From positions 4,230,001 through 4,262,000 of the forward strand of contig NC_010628.1 of NCBI RefSeq assembly GCF_000020025.1: 32,000 nt of DNA, given 5' to 3'. Of the stretch, positions 15,309 through 23,434 are shown one piece after another. The notes beneath the pieces were generated by a model that made no database searches, was not told the DNA's origin, and saw only the letters and a list, made by a program, of their open reading frames with translations. Origin of the DNA: Nostoc punctiforme PCC 73102. GTDB taxonomy: Bacteria; Cyanobacteriota; Cyanobacteriia; Cyanobacteriales; Nostocaceae. The translations under genes were made by a program, and so were the position numbers. Each line of letters starts with the position of its first letter. The stretch's first letter is position 1.

Positions 15309-16586
15309 TTACTGGATACAGTTGGGGGTAGCGTCAGGAGTAGCATCGGGATAAAAAGTACGGATACCGCCTTGTCTTCTGACAAATACGGCTTGAAAAG
15401 TTCTATTCTCATCTGTGATGCCCAGAAGACATGCTTGGTTAGTGGTGCTAGTGTTGGGGTTGTTCTTGTAACCTAAAGATGCGTTTGACAAAATTTCTTC
15501 AGCATTGAGGGTGTAAGGATAACCTTTGATAGTAGACTGAGCAGTGCCAGTACCTACCTTCATGACAACACCCATTGTGTAGACTGTGTTGGGAACAACT
15601 TCTTCCCTAAACGTATTATTATTCAGTCGTCCAGCTAAACCCTTATTTTGCAGTTCCACATAACGACCAACAAAATGTAGCCCACCAATAGAGCCTCCTT
15701 GAACTGGTTCTCCACAGAATACATGGTCAAAACCTGCGACATTAAACCAAAGATTGGTTAAATCGTTCAAGAAATCAGTATCTGAAGTACGACCTACTTT
15801 GAGATATCCTCCCACGTATGCTTTGATATTTGCCAAGACAGTAGGGTTATTCTGCATCATAGACTGGAAGCCAGTGCGACTGACAACAGTACCTGGAACG
15901 CTGCAAAGATTGACTACTGCTGTGTCAAAGCTATTGAGGGCTGGGGCGCTCGGTGTAACATCAGCCGGGCTACCATAGGCTAACCCGGATACAGGGTTGT
16001 TGATATCGTCAAACAAAGGTACAGAACCGGCTGGTAGAGAAGGAGAAGTGGAACCGGAAGAACCATAATCATTAATTATGATGTCATCAATGTTGGTTCG
16101 GTTTGCAGTTCCATCAGTCTTACGAATTTCACAGCGAACACTACCAGAGATGTTGGGTGTAAAAGTCGCTGTTTGCAAGGCTGTAGAAGTGGTATTGACA
16201 GTGGAGCCGATTTGTATCCATGAAGAGCCACTGTTAGTTGAACACCAAACACCCCAAGTAGTATTAGCGTCAGTACCAAACTTAGCGTATTTGATAGTAA
16301 TAGAGCCTGCACCTGTAGTGCGATCAAATCGCATCGTCACTCTACCACTATTACGAATGCGGGCAGACTTTGCACCATTTTTTCTGTCAGTGCTGAGATC
16401 ACCAATTAGAGCATCATTCAAATTCCATAAGCCTGTGCTGAGATTAACATCAGCATCTGCATAACTTGTTTTTGTACCACTCTCAAAACCTTCAGAAATT
16501 GTGGTGCTATTTGCACTAGTTACGCAAAGGGTAAGCAGTATAACTGCTCCTGTTGATACTTTTAAAGTGAAAGCTAACTTAGACAT
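15309..16586 (-). CDS. Secreted two-domain protein: N-terminal beta-sandwich-like module plus C-terminal EndoU/XendoU-like ribonuclease domain
   Basis: 425 aa. The signal peptide is MSKLAFTLKVSTGAVILLTLCVTSANS. A Gly/Ser linker GSSGSTSPS separates the domains. AGFDHVFCGEPVQGGSIGGLHFVGRY resembles the XendoU catalytic block (G-F-E-H-V-F-x-G-E ... G-x-H-x-W). Confidence 0.5.
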   Translation of the reverse strand: MSKLAFTLKVSTGAVILLTLCVTSANSTTISEGFESGTKTSYADADVNLSTGLWNLNDALIGDLSTDRKNGAKSARIRNSGRVTMRFDRTTGAGSITIKYAKFGTDANTTWGVWCSTNSGSSWIQIGSTVNTTSTALQTATFTPNISGSVRCEIRKTDGTANRTNIDDIIINDYGSSGSTSPSLPAGSVPLFDDINNPVSGLAYGSPADVTPSAPALNSFDTAVVNLCSVPGTVVSRTGFQSMMQNNPTVLANIKAYVGGYLKVGRTSDTDFLNDLTNLWFNVAGFDHVFCGEPVQGGSIGGLHFVGRYVELQNKGLAGRLNNNTFREEVVPNTVYTMGVVMKVGTGTAQSTIKGYPYTLNAEEILSNASLGYKNNPNTSTTNQACLLGITDENRTFQAVFVRRQGGIRTFYPDATPDATPNCIQ

Positions 16587-16788
16587 ACTTAATAGGTTAG
16601 TTACTTGAGTTAATTAGTAGTTGATATTGACCCTAAATAGGTAGATTAGCTCCAATAAATTACTTCATTTGAAACGAATAAATAAAGAAACAATACATAA
16701 TTAAAAATCCTAATAAATCAGCAAAGATTAAATCATTTGATTTAAAAAAATCTGCATGACTATTGGTAATGTAGTTACTGAGTATGCT

Positions 16789-16844
16789 GAAGGGGCGACA
16801 TGAAGCCTATAAAGCTGACTGTATAAGCTTCATGTCGCCCCTTC
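16789..16844. other. Perfect 18-bp stem hairpin (extendable to 23 bp with one mismatch)
   Basis: GAAGGGGCGACATGAAGC (16789-16806) is the exact reverse complement of GCTTCATGTCGCCCCTTC (16827-16844). Confidence 0.7.
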
Positions 16845-17015
16845 AGGTCAACTAGTCAAGAAGCTGACAAGTTAACCAGTCAACCAGATAAATTACTAAC
16901 AAGTCGAAAATCTGACAAGTCAACAAGTCATCAAGATAAAGTGTCAACTAGTCAAGAAGCTGACAAGTCAACAAGGCAGCAATCCAAGAGTGAATATACA
17001 TTTGACGCTTCAACA

Positions 17016-18685
17016 TAGGGTGTTGACTTTGTAGGGAAATTGCTAAAAAAACTTCATACAATTACTGTGTCGTCAATTGAGGTCGAAAATACAATTTTTC
17101 TTTTTGAGAGTGTGGACTGACCAAAAACTTGAGATGACCAAGCCTTAAGGTCAAGATAGCGAACAGTTTCTAATGCCTCCTTAACCATCAGACTAGTAAA
17201 ATTCATAGTACATAAAGAAATATTTAGAATCATCTGACCTATCTGTTTGAAAGGACATCTAGAAGAAAAATGTTTGTATTTACCAAAAATAGATTCGATT
17301 ATATCGGAAGTCGCCAAAAAAGTCTTTTCTAGAGGAATTTGAGAACTTTCAACTGTAATATATTCAAGAATATTGTGTCGAAAAGCCGAAATAATATTAG
17401 TTGAGGTTGGAAATTGCTTATTCTCAAACTCAATTCTCGATTGTTGGTTAATTCCGTTGATTTTAAGTTGAGCTTCTATTGTCCTAGTCATCAAAAGCAT
17501 TTGCTCCCAAATACAAAGTTCCTGTTGATAGTCTCTTCACCAACCAAATTTCCTAATTAGTTTTTGATTAAGGCTTTCTGGGTCACTAGTTGGTGCTAAT
17601 TTTAATAAAGTTTCGATGGGGCAATTCAAAAGCTTTTGTGCCCAATTAATTAACTTTTCAATATTTAAATAACGACATCTAGAGCGTTGAGATGGAGGGG
17701 AAATAAATGATAACTCTGTTTGTTGAAGTTGATGTAGGCACTGGTTACATTTTTGGATGAAAGACTGATATTTTTCTGAGGTGGCTAGCTCATGTTTCAG
17801 TAATAAAGCCATTGCATGGGTTACATCATAAGTATAAATAACAGAGGGGTGTTTTGAAGAGTACAGTTTAATTCCTTTTTCGAGGTCACTGCCATGATCT
17901 GCTATTATTTGTATTGGGCAACCAACCATATCAGTCAGCTCACAAAGCTTTTGTTCGATAAGTTCTCCTCTGGTAGAGTCCATAATTTCCAGGGCTAAGA
18001 GTTGAACATCATGGTGTTTTAGCCCTCGTTTTTCTGGAAAAACGGTTGATTCCAGGTATTGTTGAGAAACTCCTATAATTACCAAGCATTTTTGTTTACC
18101 TAGTTCTACTGTTAGGTCAATAATAAAAACCCAATCAGTTCGATATTCTTTTATTCTTTGAAGCTCGTACAACCCAATTCGTCCTAACCAATTCCTTACA
18201 CTACTAAAATGCGGAGTAGAAATTTCCGACTCTGATGCGTCAAACTTCAGGTTTTTCTCAACTCCTCGTAAGCTACTTCCAGAATCAACTGTTTGTTGTA
18301 CTGCTTTTTGTATTATTTGAATGTTGTAATTATGCCCAACAGCTTTCAGCGTCTCTATTTTTTCGGAAACTTCTTCCCCTTTTTTTGTGCATCAACTGAG
18401 TTGGTGCTTATAATACGTAATTCTTTTTCTGCTTTCATGGTACGCTTTTTCCAATTCTCCCGTGAAAGCGATAAATCCCTAATTTTTATTTCTAGCGCTC
18501 TTAACTTTTGTTGTCTTTCAAGTGCTGTTTCTTTCCAATTCTCCCGACTTTGTTTAAACAGACGAACTAATCGGCTGGACGAACTTTTTAATTCTTTCAT
18601 TAACCACCAATTTTTTGGGGAGATTTTGAGACATGTATTATGTATGAATAAATATCATCTCAAAACACCCAAAGTCAACACCCTA
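17016..18685 (-). mobile_element. 1670-bp insertion sequence with 16-bp IRs and a 9-bp target duplication (possibly ISKra4-like; family uncertain)
   Basis: TAGGGTGTTGACTTTG (17016-17031) is the reverse complement of 18670-18685. GCTTCAACA flanks both ends (17007-17015 and 18686-18694). Confidence 0.8.
17054..18600 (-). pseudogene. DDE-type transposase broken into at least three frames
   Basis: Three consecutive minus-strand ORFs cover it: 18600-18355 (coiled-coil SRENWK repeats), 18172-17537 and 17500-17054. All lie inside the IR-bounded element. Confidence 0.65.
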
Positions 18686-19023
18686 GCTTCAACAAGTCAG
18701 CCAGATAGCACACCAATCATTCAACCAAACAGTAATTCAACAAGCGAGAAAGCTAACTTTTTAACAAGTCAACAAGTCAACGTAGAAAAAATTTCATTGC
18801 GTAAATCTACATTTCAAATCAGTGAAGAGGTGCTGCATCAGCTAGACAAACTGCACCTTACACTCCAGTTAGAGCTAGGAAAAGCTAATGCTCCTTATAC
18901 AGAAGTGATTGTAGAAGAAGCTTTAGTACAACTTTTAGAGTCGTTTAACTCTGATCGTGCGACTTTGATAGAGGTATTGATGTCAAGGCAGAAAAGCAGG
19001 GACAAACTTTGAAAGAGGAGTGT

Positions 19024-19054
19024 GCGATAACGTAACCGCCCGCCGTAGGCGATC
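19024..19054. repeat. 31-bp inverted-repeat arm (left) of a ~406-bp cassette
   Basis: GCGATAACGTAACCGCCCGCCGTAGGCGATC matches the reverse complement of 19399-19429 at 28 of 31 positions. Confidence 0.7.
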
Positions 19055-19102
19055 ACTTCGGTGGCGGCGATCGCACTTAAAGCGACATCTAACCAGAAGC
19101 CG

Positions 19103-19306
19103 TTATTCCTGATCGTTGCCGTATGTCACACAAGGACTATCAACTTCCTGCATCGGTTGGAATGAATTGCAGAAATTTACAGTAGCACAATTAACACCTG
19201 CTTCATCGGGGTGAATACATTGCACAACGCCCTCTAAAACATGAAAGGCACAATCATTACAGATAGTTTTACATGGCAATGGTTGAGCGTCGATTAAGTT
19301 TGACAT
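19103..19306 (-). CDS. Small Cys-rich hypothetical protein (67 aa)
   Basis: It has eight Cys (PCKTICNDCAFH...VQCIHPDEAGVNCATVNFCNS...SPC). It is the only sizeable ORF inside the IR-flanked cassette. Confidence 0.4.
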   Translation of the reverse strand: MSNLIDAQPLPCKTICNDCAFHVLEGVVQCIHPDEAGVNCATVNFCNSFQPMQEVDSPCVTYGNDQE

Positions 19307-19398
19307 AGATCAAAATTTTCAAGAGAGGAAACAGCAGCAATAGCAAGCATAAAGCTGAGATGCCTTTTAGCTTCAGTGAAAACCATGTTAATTGCTGC

Positions 19399-19429
19399 GA
19401 TCGCCTACGGCAGGCGGTTACGCCATCGC
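19399..19429. repeat. 31-bp inverted-repeat arm (right); its last 17 nt recur at 11454-11470
   Basis: The arm is GATCGCCTACGGCAGGCGGTTACGCCATCGC. GGCGGTTACGCCATCGC is identical at 11454-11470. Confidence 0.7.
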
Positions 19430-19435
19430 ATCCTT

Positions 19436-20041
19436 TTAAATCAATATACTCACAACATATAAAAATAAAATAATACAAATGACTATTGCTACTAAAAATA
19501 AAAAATTATTATTGAAAACTTTACCTAAAACAGTAGGTTCCCTTTTCTTAATTTTCTTCTTCTTGTTTTTCTCCCCGACTATGCCTTGTCTCAACCGATT
19601 GTGGGGTTCATATCGTCTGGATATTAAATATTTTGGGATTTCCTCTCTCTCTTGACTTGCACGTTCAATATCTCTAGGAATTATAGGCAAAGAAACACTT
19701 AGTTTTTGATGATTTTGACCGTAATCCTGATGATTATTATTTGGTATTTGCGCTACATTACTACGCTCCATTAACTGAATAACTTGTTGCAAATATGCGT
19801 TCTTTGTAAATTCAAACCACTCCCTATAAACATTAAATGACTTACAAGCTTGATGAATCTCTTTCTCTACTTTGTAAACGTCAGTAACAAATACAGAATG
19901 AATGAGTTTCAACGGGTAGGGACTTTGACGGCTATTCAGTTCTTTTAATCTTTCCTCTGGTGTCCGTGGTGCTACAGTTAGCCCTATTTTGTATCTATAG
20001 GTGCCTACACTATGAATTAAATAAATGTACCCTGGTTTCAT
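19436..20041 (-). CDS. GIY-YIG-type (T5orf172/MUG113-like) domain protein with a Lys-rich linker and C-terminal TM anchor
   Basis: GYIYLIHSVGTYRYKIGLT...RLKELN...EKEIHQACKSFNVYREWFEF fits the GIY...YIG...R...E...EWF pattern. The C-terminus is KNKKKKIKKR followed by FLFLVAIVICIILFLYVVSILI. Confidence 0.7.
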   Translation of the reverse strand: MKPGYIYLIHSVGTYRYKIGLTVAPRTPEERLKELNSRQSPYPLKLIHSVFVTDVYKVEKEIHQACKSFNVYREWFEFTKNAYLQQVIQLMERSNVAQIPNNNHQDYGQNHQKLSVSLPIIPRDIERASQEREEIPKYLISRRYEPHNRLRQGIVGEKNKKKKIKKREPTVLGKVFNNNFLFLVAIVICIILFLYVVSILI

Positions 20042-20489
20042 TATTGTATCACTGTTCGTAGTTCTTCTAAAGCTGCAATCGCGTCTGCAACTGTAAAATC
20101 TGGTGAATATTTTACCTTTTTGTAGTCGGGATGCTGTTTGATTTGCTTTAAAATTAATTATGATTGATTAAGTAAATCAGTTAGCTTCATGAAATCTGTA
20201 GCCATAATTAATCCTTAAAAATAATAGGTTGACCATTGAAGCGTTTGTAAATATCTCTGGTCTTAGCCAACTTGGGAAACTTACCTTGTATTCCTCTAGT
20301 TCGTTACCATCTGCATCTACTAGACTAAGGAATATGCTTATACTGACAATTTATTTAATATGAATATAAATATATGGTTCAACGGATTGAAGAAATTTGT
20401 AGCAAAGCTTGCTGCTACTGACATCGAGGCAAGGCTTTGCTCCCAACCAGAAACTATATTTAGCCTGAAATTAGAAAGGTGAGTAATTA

Positions 20490-21911
20490 ATGAAGAGACA
20501 AATATTGCTTGGGATGATAGCAAGCTTAACAGTTTTGGGTGTAAGCTTCCTACCAGTTCCGGCTCAAAAAACAACAGCCAGTCAACCAAATTCTAACCTG
20601 GTCAATGCAATCACACAGACTATTGATAAAGAATTTGCAGATGCTGATTTGAATGAGATTAAAAGCGTTCTAACAGGCGAACAGAAGGCCCTCGGTGGCC
20701 CTGGGATGCAGGACACCGTTTTCTACAGCGAACACATTAAAGCCGCGACTGCCGTAACTGAGGTCTTTGGTGATGGGCAGCGTCTCACGTCTGTTATCGT
20801 CGACTATGATATGCCGATCAAAAACAGCAGCCTCTCGACTACTGCCTTTACTGTCTCCGGGCGTAATATCATACGAGTGTATGCCAATGCTCGCCCCGAA
20901 AAATCACTTGTGGGCAGAGATGGAAACTTTGTCGTCATCGAACTGGATACAGCCGATGACAACGCCCCTACTTACAACCCTCAAGGCCCGGTGCTGCGCC
21001 AGGCATCCGTTACCGTAAATCAGACGGCAAGAGTCCAAACAGCATCTGGACTATGGTATGCCCCGACCACTAAACTCATCTCGAACACCCGACAAATGAA
21101 CTTGATCGTGGATGATTTTCAGCAGTTCAAGTTCACCGATCCAGTGACAGGCTTGGTTCTCACGTATAACCTTTTCATTCCCAAAAACTACGCTCCGAAC
21201 ACGAAATACCCGATGGTGCTGTTCATGCATGATTTGGGTGTCACCAATATCAACCCCTATACGACATTGGTGCAGGGTTTGGGCGCGACCGTTTGGGCCA
21301 GTTCTGAGGAGCAGGCCAAACACCCGGCGTTCGTCTTGGCTCCGCAGTATCCCGTGGCGCTTGCCAACGATAGCTCCCAAACCTCTGATTACGCAGATGT
21401 TACTGTCCGGCTGATACAAGATTTGCAAAAGCGATACAGCATCGACGGGAACCGCTTGTATAGCACAGGCCAGTCCGGGGGATGCATGACGGCTATCGCT
21501 CTGAACATCTTGCACCCCAAGTTGTTCGCAGCTTCATTACTTGTCGCCGGTCAGTGGGATGCGACCAAAGTTGCACCGATGGCGAAAAACAAGCTGTGGA
21601 TCGTAGTCTCTCAAGATGACGACAAAGCCTACCCTGGCATGAATGCTATCACCGCTGAACTGGAAAAACACGGCGCGAGAGTGACCCGTGCCGTGTGGGA
21701 CGGCAACACCAGTGGCGCACAGTTCAAGCGTGACGTGGCGGCCCTGCTCCAAGCGGGGCCGGACAGCAATATTTATTATGTCGCTTTCCGACAAGGCACA
21801 GTGATTCCTCCGGGGCAAAGCACCGCTGGTGCGGCAGGGCACCGTAACACCTGGCGCGTCGCCTACACGATTGAAGGCATCCGCAACTGGCTGTTCCAGC
21901 AGCATAGGTAA
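20490..21911 (+). CDS. Secreted alpha/beta-hydrolase (esterase / S9-like peptidase family)
   Basis: 473 aa. The signal peptide is MKRQILLGMIASLTVLGVSFLPVPAQ. It has the nucleophile elbow GQSGGCM (GxSxG) and a later SQDDD..YP segment. The body of the gene is clearly more GC-rich than its surroundings. Confidence 0.75.
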   Translation: MKRQILLGMIASLTVLGVSFLPVPAQKTTASQPNSNLVNAITQTIDKEFADADLNEIKSVLTGEQKALGGPGMQDTVFYSEHIKAATAVTEVFGDGQRLTSVIVDYDMPIKNSSLSTTAFTVSGRNIIRVYANARPEKSLVGRDGNFVVIELDTADDNAPTYNPQGPVLRQASVTVNQTARVQTASGLWYAPTTKLISNTRQMNLIVDDFQQFKFTDPVTGLVLTYNLFIPKNYAPNTKYPMVLFMHDLGVTNINPYTTLVQGLGATVWASSEEQAKHPAFVLAPQYPVALANDSSQTSDYADVTVRLIQDLQKRYSIDGNRLYSTGQSGGCMTAIALNILHPKLFAASLLVAGQWDATKVAPMAKNKLWIVVSQDDDKAYPGMNAITAELEKHGARVTRAVWDGNTSGAQFKRDVAALLQAGPDSNIYYVAFRQGTVIPPGQSTAGAAGHRNTWRVAYTIEGIRNWLFQQHR

Positions 21912-21914
21912 ATC

Positions 21915-22094
21915 TTGGTAGCTGGCAATGTAATCTTTGCAGGCGTGTATCTCTTTCCACCGCTTGTTACTGCGGCTGGTTTCCCCCACATACAAAATCA
22001 GACCAGTCGCAGAGTCAATGATGAAATACAAACACGCATCACCAGGGCTATCATCTGGCATTTTCCAAAACGAGAGCGATCGCACTAGATACAC
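21915..22094 (-). pseudogene. Fragment of a conserved cyanobacterial GIY-YIG-like protein, cut at both ends
   Basis: Only the first ~60 codons of track ORF 21537-22094 look like a real protein (WKMPDDSPGDACLYFIIDSATGLILYVGETSRSNKRWKEIHACKDYI). The rest is antisense to the esterase gene. The 5' end abuts the IS630 terminus at 22097. Confidence 0.4.
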
Positions 22095-22165
22095 TAGTAG
22101 TCTACCAAGGTAACTTTGCTAAGTAAAACCTCTAATTGGTAAAATAGCCAAAAACGGGGTGTAAC

Positions 22166-23333
22166 ATGGCAAAAAAGTACATTGTTGACTTGAATGAAGA
22201 TGAAGTTTCCCAACTGCAATCGATAATTAAGAAAGGTAAGCATAAGGCAAGAACCATAAGCCGTGCAAACATTCTTTTGATGGCTTCCGAAGGAGAAACG
22301 GATCAAGCGATCGCTAGCATAGTTAGAGCGCATGTTGCAACAGTGCAACGAATACGAGAAAAATTTGTCATTGGAGGGTTAGATTTTGCTTTAAAGGATG
22401 AAGTTCATCCACCAAAACATAAAAAATTAGATGAAAAGCAAGAAGCATTTTTGATTGCAACAGCTTGTTCTAATCCGCCAGAAGGAAGAGTGCGTTGGAC
22501 AATGCAATTATTAGCAGATCATTTAGTGAACGTTGGTATCATAGATTCAATCTCAGATGAAACAGTACGTCAAACTTTAAAAAAAATGAAATTAAGCCTT
22601 GGTTGAAAGAACAATGGTGTATTCCTGAAGTTAACGCAGAATATGTTTTCCGAATGGAAGATGTGCTGGATTTATACAATGAGCCTTATGATCCTAAACG
22701 CCCTGTAGTCTGCTTTGATGAACGTCCATACCAATTAGTAGAAGAAGTAAGACTTCCTTTGCCACCACAGCCAGAGCAACCTGAACGTTATGATTTTGAG
22801 TATAAACGTAACGGGACAGTAAATTTATTCGCATGTTTTCAACCCTTGGCTGGATGGCGGCATATCGAAGTTACAGAACGTCGAACTAAAGCCGATTTTG
22901 CTAAACAAATGAAAAATTTAGTAGATGTTTCCTACCGAGATGCCGATGTTATTCGTTTAGTAGTTGATAACTTGAATATTCATACACCCAATGCATTATA
23001 TGAAGTTTTTCCACCAGAAGAAGCACGTCGAATTATTCAAAAGTTAGAGTTTCACTATACTCCTAAACACGCTTCTTGGTGAGCCAGTGCGTTGGGCGGG
23101 TTCCCCGACTTGAAGCAACTGGCGAACCCGAAGGGCTGAATCAGGTAGAAATCGAATTATCTGTTTTATCTCGCCAATGTTTAGAACGGCGTATTCCTAA
23201 TGCAGAAACATTAACTTCTGAGATTGCCGCTTGGGAGAAAAAACGTAATCAGCAAAAAGCTAGTGTTTATTGGGGTTTTCAAACCAAAGATGCTCGCCGA
23301 AAAATGGAGCGTTTATATCCAAATTTAACATAG
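22166..23333 (+). pseudogene. IS630-family transposase, in three frames
   Basis: The HTH part is ORF 22166-22606. The frame changes at an A8 run (22579-22586), giving [15 protein letters not shown]. The DDE part (22603-23082) ends at ...TPKHASW. A 56-nt insertion then separates it from LNQVEIELSVLSRQCL (in ORF 23076-23333). Confidence 0.8.
23080..23135 (+). repeat. 56-nt mini-insertion element inside the IS630 transposase gene
   Basis: The sequence is TGAGCCAGTGCGTTGGGCGGGTTCCCCGACTTGAAGCAACTGGCGAACCCGAAGGG. Deleting 23080-23135 joins TGG to CTGAATCAG in frame (HASW-LNQVEIE). It is related to 24003-24060. Confidence 0.65.
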
Positions 23334-23434
23334 CAAAGTTAGCTTGGCAGACTACTAGTTGGGGTAAATTATGTCCTTCATTTTCTCAAAAGGACTTCAG
23401 AGATTAATTGTGGTTCAGCAATACCTCTGCCAAT

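Larger units (their letters stand above)
16941..19012 (+). pseudogene. Ser/Thr/Gln-rich protein with a C-terminal ribbon-helix-helix-like domain, split by an IS insertion
   Basis: The frame ...SEYTFDAST (ending 17015) continues in frame as SQPDSTP...KISLRKSTFQISEEVLHQLDKLHLTLQLELGK...EVIVEEALVQLL (18695-19012) once the IS and one target-duplication copy are removed. The start codon is uncertain: the only candidate is GTG at 16941. Confidence 0.45.
22097..23355 (+). mobile_element. IS630-family insertion sequence (1259 bp) with a TA target duplication
   Basis: GTAGTCTACCAAGGTAACTTTGCTA (22097-22121) matches the reverse complement of 23331-23355 at 23 of 25 positions. TA flanks both ends (22095-22096 and 23356-23357). 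Confidence 0.85.

Noticed and set aside
15754-16464. ORFs 15754-15978(+), 16076-16327(-) and 16078-16464(+)
   Set aside because: They are antisense or alternative frames within the EndoU-like CDS.
16848-16990. Repeated GTCAAC/ACAAGTCA motifs considered as a CRISPR array
   Set aside because: The repeats are only 8-24 bp with irregular spacing and no repeat-spacer periodicity. They are explained as coding repeats or iteron-like sites.
18293-19012. 239-aa ORF taken as a single gene
   Set aside because: It is a chimeric read-through. The first ~130 codons are antisense to the IS transposase and cross the IS terminus at 18685. Only the part from 18686 onward belongs to the interrupted RHH-like gene.
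19269-19478. 69-aa minus-strand ORF
   Set aside because: It spans the 31-bp repeat arm and overlaps two neighbouring ORFs. Its translation is low-complexity.
20041-20290. Short minus-strand reading frames (for example MATDFMKLTDLLNQS* and ...LKQIKQHPDYKKVKYSPDFTVADAIAALEELRTVIQ*)
   Set aside because: They look like frameshifted fragments of a small gene, possibly antitoxin-like. They are too short and broken to call.
20338-20589. 83-aa minus-strand ORF
   Set aside because: It overlaps the start and signal peptide of the esterase gene on the opposite strand, and I recognise no motif.
20767-21960. ORFs 20767-21018(+), 21051-21515(-), 21229-21414(+), 21724-21960(-) and most of 21537-22094(-)
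   Set aside because: These are typical spurious long ORFs in a GC-rich segment. All overlap the well-supported esterase CDS.
22094-22348. 84-aa minus-strand ORF
   Set aside because: It is antisense to the IS630 transposase HTH region and crosses the IS terminus.
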